Assembly (NCBI RefSeq): GCF_964355755.1
Contig: NC_092676.1
Location: forward strand, 9,525,888 to 9,589,887
DNA from: Antedon mediterranea
Taxonomy: Eukaryota; Animalia; Echinodermata
Direction: 5' to 3'
Length of the DNA stretch: 64,000 nucleotides
The position numbers were made by a program, and so were the translations under genes. The notes beneath the pieces are model-generated. The model made no database searches. It had not been told where the DNA came from and worked only from the letters and a program-made list of their open reading frames with translations. Within the stretch, counting starts at the first letter, position 1, and each line of letters begins with the position of its first letter. Below are positions 51,769-64,000 of this stretch, one piece after another.

Positions 51769-54700
51769 GGCATTAACAGACATTAATCAATACGGTCGAC
51801 AAAAACAATATTAACTAATTAGATACGGCTATCACGACTTGCTTTATTTTGTATTACAGTATATTGCATAATATCTTATTCACAAACTCTTACAAAACTT
51901 AACCAAACCGACAAACAAGATTATTTTTGTTATACTAGAACAATTTAGTTTAGTTGCTAGACCTAATACGTATTGGTAGGCTACTGTACAAATACGTCAA
52001 CTCAAGTATTTGATATTCAAGACATTGACGTCATTATACGGTGAATAAAAATATCGTTTACCGAAAGAACATTTTAATATCTGGAAAATATAAATTAACA
52101 CACAATTTAAATGCGCATGTACAATTATAATAACTATATATAATGTATTGTAATGTGCGAGTCTTTCATGTGGAGCAGAAGGGGGACAAGGGAGAATTTG
52201 TTTAAAAAAAATTAAATAATTATAAATGATACAGTATGAAAACTTTTCAGAGGATTAACGCTATAGTAAAGAGTTTTGCGTACAATATATAAACATTGTA
52301 ATACATTATCATTTTGTGTATTAATTACAGCAGCAACTTATTAAAAGTAATTCTCTTAAATGAACGTAGGTCAATCTAGTATTACAGTATTCGGATTATG
52401 AGGAGGGAGTAGAGACTATGATCCAATACATTTTATTCCAATTATATCTGCCTCTTCGGCTTAATAGTCCGTAGCATCAACATCATTTTAACGCGTGCGT
52501 AAAAACGTAATCATTGTTTGGACATGCGCGTAACAATATTGTCATAATTGAACGCGCGCGTACATTTAATCACAGTATTAACACGCGCGTACAAAAGCCG
52601 TGTAAATATTCAAAAATGTTAACTGACATTTTTAGTCCTTTCATCATATCCTAACTGTACTTAACACGAATTCACCGTAACACAGAATACTTACTTTATA
52701 TTATTGCTACCGTTTCATTTTTATCAATATCCTTTCTTAATTAACAACTAATTCACATCAACTATTCAATACTTAATTTCAATATTTTGTTTTAAATGAC
52801 AAGCTATGCAACTCGTTTGACAAATATGAAATGAGTTTATAAAACTAGTATAGTCAAACTATGTTACCTTGAACATATTTGCCAGTTAAACCATCATATT
52901 TTCCCCCGTTAAAGAAAAACACCAGAGTACGTCAAACTACAATACTGATGGAATTTACCTTGTACAGTATACATTATCATAGATATGGGTCCATAAAACA
53001 CGATTACAGAGCCTAACCAAATTAAAGTGATCACTACCTTTTAAGCTAGACTTTTAACTTATTATAGTTTAAACACAAAGACAGTTACAATGATTTAGGG
53101 TGACCACTATTGCCTATTATCAGATTATTAAGAAAACAACCTTCTCCGAATTAAAATTAGATAAGTTTAGAATACAAACTTAACAGAATAAATAATTGAA
53201 AACATTATTTCAGATAATTATTCACCAATTATTTCTTGGACATTACGCGGTATAATACTCGGAATTTGTCCAGTACTATTATATAAAAAATCCATGATAC
53301 AGCGTAACATGTGTATCATTTGATATAGGTCATTCCATTATGCAGGAGGCATATGATAGGCATGTGGTGCTGTATCACAGAATTTCCTGTTCATTCTTGG
53401 AAAAGGGTACATTACTCTTTTTAAACATTTTTACCCTGCTTATAACTATCAATACATTTTTTTACTTAGCTTAATATAAATAGATCAAATATTCAATCTA
53501 CTATACAATAATTACATACATATTTACTGATATTTATTACTTAAATAAAATAGTATCTGGAATGGGATTAATACTTTATTACACTTTACAATATATTCAC
53601 TGTACAGACACATTTAAAATTATCTACACTAGCACAATGTATTACAGTAATCAGTGATTAAATAAAGTATTTTTATAGCTATATATTTTACATCATTAAG
53701 TTGTTGATCAAAGATAGCCCTCACAAAGAAGGGAGGAGTAATTGTGTGTAGACCTATTTTCAAATGCCTTTTCACAGTCCTTTTCAATCTCCGTAATCCT
53801 CCTCACCCCTCCCACACCGCACTTACAAATGCAGATATATTCACATACTTACATACATGTAACTGTAACTCATTTTTTCTGATTTTCTTTTTTGAGAGCG
53901 CTATGATCAATGATTGTTGGAATGACGCTTTAAAAATGGAACAATTGATTGATTGAAATACATATTCACATTCTGACAGTAAATCTCTACACATATGACG
54001 TTTATGTAATGCTTTAAATCATGGACACAATAAAATGTGACATTGTGAATGTTTTGTATTTTTTTAACACTATACATTTTGTTTACATGTTTTTCTGGTC
54101 CTACATCGCATCAATAATTTTCGTGAATCATTACAGGTTGTAAAATTATAAAACTTCTCTGACTATCATTTCATATTCTTTTACGTTAATATTAATAAAC
54201 ATTAAACTAAACAATTATACAGTTTTTCAAATATAAATACCCTTGTTACTTTACATAATACACAATACAACAAGTCCTATAACATACAGATTATGATATT
54301 TCAAAAACGTTTTTTTAACCTTAACATTAACCATCAAATCTAAAATCTGTACAATTGTATCTATTGTGACAAATTCTAGTGGCTTTTTATGCTAAGTCTC
54401 AGTATTGCCATAGCTTTCATCAAACATACCAAACAGATGGGTGTTTAAATGCATGCCAAGATAAGGTGTATGAATGATTAAAATCAAGTTCTTTGCATAA
54501 TAATGGCTGCTACTCACTAGGACAACAATATATATAACAATAATATTTGTTTTAATCGAATGACGTCATAATCAAATAGAACAATGAAATCGTTGTATTG
54601 TCACAATATTATTGCTCTAATCATGACATCATTTGATTGAACATGTGGAATATTATTTTATGAAAGGTAGCATAGATGGCTATCCTATAGTTCTTTTTAG

Positions 54701-54879
54701 ATTTCTTTTGTTTTATGTAGGAAAAATATTTATTTATTTATCGTCAATTGTTATCGTACAAGTAAAAATCGGCCTTAGAGAGAATTCACCAGCACCAACT
54801 TAACTGAGCATACAGTTATACAACTGTTGTTAAAATTAACATTTCAGATCACCATGGTTTATTATGGCTTTAAATAGGA

Positions 54880-55145
54880 ACCTTAGCTAGTTAGTATGGC
54901 TCTAACTAGGCAGTCTAGATAGTATGGTTCTAACTAGAAAGCCTAGCTAGTTAGTATGGCTCTACTGTAGCTGGTTGAAGGACATAGGTATTTTAGAATG
55001 AGCCACTAGTTTGATAGCGAGGTTTAGATAAGCACAGCTATATAAGACAGGATATAAGATAATTGGCTATGATGGGTCTAGCTGGCTATGATGGGTCTAG
55101 CTGGTTAGGATGGGCCTAGATGGTTAGGAAGGGCCTAGCTGGTGA
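54880..55145. repeat. Short tandem repeats (~35-bp and ~20-bp units) just downstream of the DNMBP stop
   Basis: tagctagttagtatggctcta and gctggctatgatgggtcta repeats. Confidence 0.7.
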
Positions 55146-55284
55146 GTATGGTCATTGCTTTACTATCACAGGTCAAGCAGTTTAAATTGTACCTACCTAG
55201 CTATTTAGAATCTAGAATGGTAGAATGGGCCATCTTGCTACTGGCAAAACGGAAGAAGGTTCATTACTAAATCATACACCACAA

Positions 55285-58200
55285 TTATTGACATGGTTTG
55301 ATATAAGCAGCAGGAACATAACCTTGCTGTCCGTCTTTTTCCACAAACCACCATTCTGAGTTGCCTTCCATATCGTAGGCTGAGATGACAGTAACTGTAC
55401 AGCCTTCTACAAGGCTTAGTTCATGCTGGCCTGTGGCAGCAAAATCCCACGCTGCATAGTACTGTTAATAAATAAAACAAAATAAATAAAAATTAAAATC
55501 TTTAACTTGAATAATACAAGAGCATTACATGGTTCATAAACTTTCCTGACACATTCCCTGATGTTTCTTTCTACCCAAGTTCCATAACTTCTTAACAGTT
55601 TACATGACGTTAAGTTGACTAGTGAATTAGATATGTAAATGGTGTCTAATAAAAAAGCTAAACTGCCTATGAACATTAAGATAAATGTCCAACTAATGAT
55701 ATCATACCAAAGTGTAAACCTGCAACAATTATTCAACAATGTGAATACTGAGACATTGAACATGGAAGCAAGTATTTTATCTTCTACCATTTCCACTTAC
55801 CTGAGGACTCCACTCTGATGAAAAAACTTGTTCATAAGATGGTAATTTGTATGGCGTTAAGATAGTGGGCGGTACAAAGCCAGTGGAAGCTAAACATAAA
55901 TAATAATATTTAGTTAAATATTAACAAAAAAATCTGGTCTAAACAATTAGGATTACTGCATTCAGAAAATAAATAGTTTGAATTAAATGAGTGACAATGC
56001 AGGAATAATGAGGCAACTTGCAGAAAGTTGTGGAACAATGCATGAAATGCTTGCATTTCAAATTTGTGAATAATTCATGGTCGCACCCATGCATGTCATT
56101 GCAATGAAATGGCAGTTCATGACAATTTTACGACACAAACGATCATAATTTGGCACTGACTGAGTATACTTCACGTAGGGTTTCTGAATGATACATACAT
56201 AGGTTGCATATGCAGCCTATTTGATCATACATAACAATGTGGATCGTATAATTAATAACATCAAGGCATTAAATGGCATGCATTGTCATGACTTGAATGC
56301 AGAGAACAGTGCAGACATAAATTTGTGAAATTGTCAATGGGGCATGTGAACCTGACAGACAATGTGAATATTTTACAGCACATTAACATTAAATATTCTC
56401 ACCTCCATTATCAACAAACCATCTTTCTTGGCCTCCTCGTGGATCTTGTTGCTTGATAATTCCAACCACTTCTCCTTGTGCGACTGTCATATCTAGATCC
56501 TCTGCAGCCTTGAAGCTTGCCGTCACTTGATATTGTTGCTCACTACTGTATCGTGACATTACCTGTTCTTGATTTGCCTTGGTTTCTTTTGGTTTGACCT
56601 CTGAACTTACTGAGGGCTATTAGAAGAAAATACGTAGGAATAGATATTATACAAATATAATGTGTAGAGAATATAGAGTGTAATGGTACAAATAATGGCA
56701 TGAGGTGAATGATAAAAGGTTATATATCAACAAGGTGACATTTAGATATAACATCTAAATAGATTCCTGTCAATTGAATCAAATAAAAAGTAGGCCTTAG
56801 CCAAGGCCTACATTTGATTCACATTGATTAACACAGTAACATTTGGTTTTTAATAATTATATTAAATATTATTTTATAAATGCAGCTACTGTTATTGTTA
56901 ATTATGTCAACAAACGACCAAACAATACTAGACCTGGCATTGCTAGGCCTAGGCTGAAAGACAGCAATACGAAACTTCGACAGGCAACTGGAGCTCATTT
57001 AGGCTAATTATGATTTTTCCAACGATTTCACGTCTTGTAGAGATGTTCTTATTAATTAATGAAAATCCTAACAACGATCTAAAGTTAATTTAAATGCCTT
57101 TTTGATCTAAATTAGTACATATATATCTCTCCAAAAATGTACTTTCATCGTAAAACTAGTCATAACAATAACATTTTACAAAATAGGTGGCGCTGTTGTA
57201 TTCAAAAGCAATAGTATAAAAAATATATTTTCCAAACGCGAACAAATTTTCTTTTTCGTACACGAAAAAAAAAGTACTATTAAACGATCGTTTAATAGTG
57301 CATACTATTGCACGCCATGTGACCAACAATTGTCCAATCAAATGACAGGAATGTATTTAGGTGTTATATAAACAGTAATTAAAGACTATATCAGAAAATT
57401 GCTTACTCTAAATTGTAAACACTGTTACAGTATAGTATGTCATTCGTATACAGTATCTATATCTCACAAGGTGTAAATTACAATGCCATAATGGAAATCC
57501 CTGTTTGTTGGTAATTAAGTATTGCATTTAATAAGGCATTGTTTATTTGTCACTAGTTTTATTTAAAATACTGTAATGCTCACCAATCACACTTTTACTA
57601 GTAATAGTATCAAGCAACTATCTAGGCGATCTATCTATTTAGGCGAAATATTTAGTATAGGTAATCATAATAACAAGAGCAATCACAGAGTTGCAACCTC
57701 CACCATTTATAGGAGTCTTTCAATGAATAATTTTTTGTGGATATCTGTTGAGTATTTTTCATGTCATCTTGCAAACAGACAAACAAACCAAAGGACAGAC
57801 AAATAAACCAGGGTGATTTCATACCTGATCCAAGTTAGATGATACTCTCCTTAAAGATTTCTTTTCTTTAACCTCTTTTTTGTCAAATCCACTGGCAACA
57901 AAGCTGTATTGCTTCGTTTTTTCTACCTCTGCTGTGTGCCTATCTTCAAATGCATCCATAACTTTGTCAGTGCATGATGATTTTACGATTGGGAGCTGTA
58001 AGAATGAACCAAGGAATTTGTTAAATAAACCTGATATACACTTTGTCATATGCAATCTGTAATCCTATGTAGTCAATAAACAAAAGCAGTTCACATAGTT
58101 ACGTATTTATTAGGCCTAAACAATTTTTTAAACGTTTAATATAAATATGCGTAGTGATATAATCACAAAGTTTGATGCAAAGTATTTTATGCTATAAAAA

Positions 58201-61200
58201 TAAATATTAATAGGAGCAGACTATAGGCCCATTTACAATATTTAAACTTACAATACTTATTATTGTATACGTATTTGTAATACCAGTTTCATAATTTTCA
58301 GATAGACGTTCTTCATGGGTACTTCTGTGAATGGATGACCTGCAGGAAGGCTAGGTTATCAACCAGTATTGAATAATTTTGCATTCGATAAATTATCTTA
58401 TGCAATTTCTACTAACCTCAAGTAGTGGATGAAGTTGTCTGAGTGTGGAATGTATGTGATCACTCTCTGCCTCAATATAAGCTGCTACACACTCTTTAAA
58501 CAAAGAGCTAGCCATCTCACATAGCTTAGGTAGTTCATCTTTAAGTTGTATGTTTAATGCCTCATAGTTCTTGCGTGCAACCTCTTTCTCATCAGTCACC
58601 TTTGTAAGATTAAACAAATGATTCAATCAAATTACAGTACAGCACTCAATTAAAACAAAAAGAGAAATACATAGAACATTTTGCATCATAGCCAGAATAT
58701 ATTATATTTTCATCAAAGAAATTCTGCCATATTTAAAAACTACACATAGCCTTCCTTTGAATGATTTTTAAATCTTTCAAAAATTAAATCTCAGATAAAT
58801 AAGAAATGTAACTTTTGCATCATTAGAGAGGTTTTGCAATCTTACGAATACGATAACGAAAACGGATATGTCAAGCACACATTCGTTTTTCGTAAACCAG
58901 TAAAAATCTGTTTCGCATGGCAACGAAATATTAAGGGCGCCGTCCAAAATATGACTGCGGTAAATTTGAGCGAAGCGCAGATACGTGTTGCTTGGTGTGC
59001 TTGGCTGCCTAGGCATAGCGTAACATCAAAGCGAGTGAGGACTTTAAAAACTGCTATTTATCAAAATTGACCTGGCAATTTAGTAAATTACTTTAGTAAA
59101 TTACTTTCAATAAATCTATAGTTATATTATAATCATGAATCATTCCTGATTCAAATGCAAAATGTGCAAAATAGATCAAAAACTATACTCGTTTTGTAGT
59201 TACGAATATGACTGGTGATATTCGTCAACACGAATACGCTTACGACTATGAAATGGGGATCAGCTCAAAAGTTTAACAAATGTGTGACGTATCCGTTGTC
59301 GTTATCGTATTCGTAAGGTTGCGAAACCTCCCTAATCTCTAAAACAAAATGACGTTAAATTCAAAACGTTTCAAACAAAAAACAAACTCAGAAAAAAACC
59401 TATTACATTTGACAAAAACAAAACAACCTGACATTTTAAAATTAATTAGTAATGAAATTAAAACGAAACAGTTAAAAACGTATTTTACTAACAATTAAAG
59501 AAATAAAAAAAACACACAATTACATCACTTCATGCAACATATTTAATATGGTATTTAAACTACTCGAAATATGCCATAACAACTTCCTGTATTACAATAC
59601 ATATCATAGTGTAAATTGTAATACAACAATTCCAAATAACAATTGGTAGGAATTACCACAGAATAAAGACAGATACTACTTTTAGACGCTAGGGTACATC
59701 TGCACAATCATTGTACAATTGGATATTAAAAATAATTTTGTGCAAGGAAACAGGCATAAAATATTATTTACTACAACACAACACTTTAGAATGAACAGGT
59801 AGTTTAAAGCATAAGACTCAACACAAATACAATTAATAATTGTTATTATATTTTGGAGGCAATGAGATTAAACACTCAATACTTTGAAGAATTTCATTTA
59901 GCTGTTGTATGCATGACAAATCCCTCACCACACCCCCCCCTCCTCCCCCCACCTTTTTTTTTGATAAGCTAAATTGATTTAAACCGAGTACTTGCAACGC
60001 TGGTTTGAAAAAGTCAGCCTACTTAGCAAATTTGATCATGCATTGTTGTTGCAGGGTACTATTATGAATAGTGCCCTAGAAAATGTAAATACTAAATTCT
60101 TGATAATAATTACTGCAAAATAGCTTTGCGTCAAGGAGCTAAGTTAATTGGTCAGATAATTGCACTACTCTGATATAATTGTACTTATAACGTACATCTA
60201 GGAACACTTTCTAAAACAGTACACAAGAATTACTTATTTTTTAGCAGAAGTCATTAAAAAAGATCATCTTGTGCAGTATCCGCTGCTTCCATGGACTTGA
60301 ATCTACAGTAACCTTATCCATTAGCGTAAGTTTTCGGTGATTTAGATCGCCATTACCTAACTGGAGGTTGTGGGTTCGAATCCAACATGTTCTTATTAGC
60401 ATAAAGTACCATTACAAAGGCAAACATCTGACCAATTTACTAACGCTAACTAATAATAGCTATTAGGTACACAACGTCATGCATCACAATACTTTCACAT
60501 CAAAAACAAACCTCCTTAGATTTTTTACGAAGGGTATTTCCTTCGACATCTTCATCTAACTCTTCCCTTAGCCTTTCTATCTTATCTCGTTGTTTCTGCA
60601 CGTTTAACAGAACAGAGAAACAAAAATAAAAGGATGTTGACTTTGCTGTTTCTTTGGCTTTTATTACAATTAAACACATAGCAGACCTACAGATACATAT
60701 TTTGTCAAAAACACATTTAAACGCATTTACATTGAAAATACAGTATTCATCATGCAAATGTTCTTTGTCTTATGCTAGGGTAGTTGTCCTAGGAGGTAGT
60801 TATCCTAGGGTTGTCGACTGGCAAATTTGAGCACTTGCTCAGAGGCATTTTGACTTTCGCTCTCTGACATGAGTACTAGTGGACGTATGACGTCATAACA
60901 CTACAAAAGTTTATAAAAAATCATGGCCGAGAATGATTTTCTGAGAATGTAGTAAAGTGAATTTCAATCAAATTGGATTTGTATTGGTTATTTTAAAAAA
61001 AGCTTTTAATAATACAGGTTATGACCACTAGGACACCAGCCTTCAGATTAAGGATCTAGGCTAGGCTTAAGCTACACACTTAGCCTGACCTAAGCACCAC
61101 AGACGAGCAAAGTTCAATGCGTCATACATTCACTGGCACGTCAACGTAAATGTACACTTAATCTAAATGTTCACATACTGTATCTGTCGACCATGTGGAA

Positions 61201-63557
61201 GTGACCGTGTACACGTTTACTCAATCTAAAAGTCCCTATTATCTTAATGTCTTGGATTAGATATTCACAGATTAGTTTGATGGTTTATCAGAATGGGGTA
61301 GTTATTTTATTACTATGAAATTGCTATTAATATTAATGTTTTTGAAATTTAATATAACTGAAAATGAAATCCTGACAGAGAGACAGTCAATTGTTGCAGT
61401 GTGTAGTGCAAGGTTTGTGTAGGTGAACATAAAACCAAACAAGCCTCATTTATCAATTACTGGTCCAAATACAGGGGGCATCTGCTTGGCGTCAATGCCA
61501 CAAAACAACATAGATATTTAACAATATAAAAACTTACCCCCTTGAGTTTATCTTTATCTTTTGTCTTCTCCACCTTGTTAATGCAACTATCATAGTCAAG
61601 CAACTTGTCATATCTCTTCTGTATAAGTTTATGTGGCCCTTGAAACATAATCAGTAGAAGGTTCAAGGGTGAAATCACTCGTTGTTGAACAAACAAGGTC
61701 TGAAAACAGATAGAGAAAATAAAAAATAAGGATATCACAATCCATTAACTGTATATTATTTCCTAACACATGTATTCAAGTTCATAGGTGGATGAAAGGG
61801 AATGAAACACCCTAAATTTGGAAAATGTAAAGATAGGTTCCTATTTCTCAAATCCTGGATCTGCCACCACAATTCCAACTCTTTTGTATAAAAACAAGCC
61901 TAAAATAAACTCACTTTTAAAGCTTTAATTTTACATTTTCTACCAAACCACTTAACATTTTAAAATAAAGTTTCATGAAAATACTGTATAAAATTAATTG
62001 CAATTTTCCTTAATTATTAATTTATTTCCATAAATATATTATGATTTGAAATCTACATGATTAAGACCACACCTTCAGGATCTATTAAAGTGTCCCTTGA
62101 AAAGGGGTTTGCCTTTAATATTCTGCCCCTCGTCGTTTCAAGTTTCAGTGTCCCCTTATAGGAGTGTTCCAAAGGAGGAGTTATATACTTACATAGTTTT
62201 TATAAAGTTTATTTGCAATTCTTTTCTGAGCTGCCTCATATTTGTTAACTTGTTTTAGATTTGACTGGTTGGCGTAATACTCTGATATGTCTCCTCCTAC
62301 AATAGCTTCAGTAGCGGTTGCATCCTTAAAAAAGATTTTAAATATTGTAAAGAGATACTGTTACGCTATGCTTATGTCGACACAGAACTCAACTCAAAGG
62401 AATTATATCGACTTTCGATCAACTGAACGGAACGAGCGATTATGTCGATACTGGAACTGATTGCAGCGGGCAGTGGTTACTAAAGCGTGTCACGACGCAA
62501 TTCACATATTATACGCACCAGTATGTGAGAGCGCTTAATATGGAAACTGATTGCTACTGGTTACCCTTACTGCTCGCATGTCGCGATTCAAAGTGTTTTC
62601 AGTTCTGAAAAAATAGTGGGGGGAGAGAAATTGAGAGGAATTGAAAGCATCTGAGCTTAATGTCTACATTTTATGTCCGCCTGTCATTTGTATTCAGTTG
62701 CAGTCATTTGCTTATATGCCGACAGTTTATTTGAGGTCCTGTATCAACATAAGCGCATCTTTATTCTGTCAAAAGCATGCATCCCTTTAGTGGAAAACTA
62801 ATAGGGTGGCAAACTAATAGGCTAGTAAATAGAAAGTCTGTAATGTGTTATAGATATACAATACCAAACTCTCCAAAACCAGACTTTTGTTTACGTTAAA
62901 AAGTTCCAAATACATTTTACCATTAAAATTATCATAACAGGAAATAGTTTGAGAGTAGTTTATGTACTGACTGCATGAGATTTATCAATATTTTCATCTG
63001 GTTTCAGTTATGATAGATTTTTGTTTTCGTCTATTAAAGTATTAAATTGGTTTCACTATATAATAGTAGAGTTTTACAAGAATTTATTGTTGTGTTTTGA
63101 TCTGGAATCACCCAAGTCACCCCATATTTAGGTTTCCAACTAAAAGCTAAAATATGTGCAATACACATCAGGATACACAATTGTAATTATTGGTTACTAA
63201 ACATGTCAATTTTCTAAAATCTCTATGTTTGGATATTATTGTTTGAAATATTCTCACCATCAAACACATAAACATTCATCATTTGTATACTATATAATAC
63301 CTAAATAGATTCTGTTATTTGATAAATGTCCGATTTTTACGCTATTTTTGTCGGTGGAAAATTGGAGAGCGCAAGCCCTTAACAGCATATAAACAACAAT
63401 GCTTTGCGCATGCCCTTTTCTATTTTTCCTGTAATAAGTATAATACACAAACCTTAAGGTGTTCTAAATATGCATTAATATCTTTCACAAATATCTTGAT
63501 GGTTCTTTCTAAAGTGTTGAACCTTTTCTCACTTTGTTCAAACTCTTCATCTATAGT
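55285..63557 (-). CDS. DNMBP: Dynamin-binding protein (Tuba)/ARHGEF37-38 family, 3' part (BAR + two SH3). Exons 63557-63453, 62324-62193, 61699-61538, 60595-60512, 58599-58417, 57995-57825, 56616-56403, 55889-55801, 55461-55285; 5' exons lie beyond the window
   Basis: BAR motifs [29 protein letters not shown] and [18 protein letters not shown] resemble recalled vertebrate DNMBP. SH3 [46 protein letters not shown]; terminal SH3 YYAAWDF...[20 protein letters not shown]. All junctions are GT-AG and in frame. Confidence 0.9.
58826..59332. mobile_element. PIF/Harbinger-type MITE
   Basis: tta|GAGAGGTTTTGCAATCTTACGAATACGATAACGA...TCGTTATCGTATTCGTAAGGTTGCGAAACCTCCC|taa. Confidence 0.8.
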
Positions 63558-64000
63558 CTACAAAAATAAAAATATGAATCTACAATTTAACGACACACAA
63601 TTATAAATACATAATGTACAAAAAAAATTACATTCTGTAGTGCAAAATTATCATTATAGCTAGAGAGTACTAGAAGTTTCAAAACATTCCTCTCAAATTG
63701 TATTGTTTAGCACGATGTTCCACAAACTATGGGCCATGGTTATGAGTAGGGCCTATGTGGTTTGAAAAACATACCAAACGCCATTGATGTGCGGCTAAAC
63801 TTTCAGTGACATGCGTCTTTTGTGTTACAAAAGTTTACCTTCCGAAATAAATTACAATGCAATTTCCAGAGACCTACAGATCCATATTCTATACAGTAGA
63901 TAGATTATAACTTTGGTCCAGTCGGATAATTCGGCCCGGCTTGGTCCCGGAAACCAGATTTTAGGCAGCGAAATAAAAAGTTTGCAGACACAAAAATTAT

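Overview
AT-rich eukaryotic (metazoan) genomic DNA with GT-AG introns. A marine invertebrate, possibly an echinoderm, is my inference from composition and repeat types only. I hand-spliced three host genes: a 7-exon tetraspanin (+, 6340-32681, 264 aa) with a 21.6-kb intron 2, a probably secreted EPN-type C-type lectin (+, 41874-47697), and the 3' nine exons of a DNMBP/Tuba-like gene (-, BAR + 2 SH3, continuing past the window end). Much of the rest is transposon-derived: LINE fragments (RTE, Rex/Babar, Tx1/L1, CR1/L2), a deleted Gypsy with a tRNA-Leu PBS, a Penelope-like element with a minimal hammerhead ribozyme, an Academ element with a spliced transposase remnant, and Kolobok, MULE-like, Helitron, Helentron/HINE and MITE insertions, many with intact TSDs. 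The most unusual items are: (1) an antisense, spliced, decayed gene nested in tetraspanin intron 2 that encodes 12 KPPVAPKP repeats plus an FFAT-like motif; (2) a decaying tandem array of PBS-like copies; (3) a 31-bp hairpin with a 7-bp TSD; (4) a multi-level transposon nest. All calls come from reading and translating by eye, with no database searches. I found no convincing complete novel multi-gene system.
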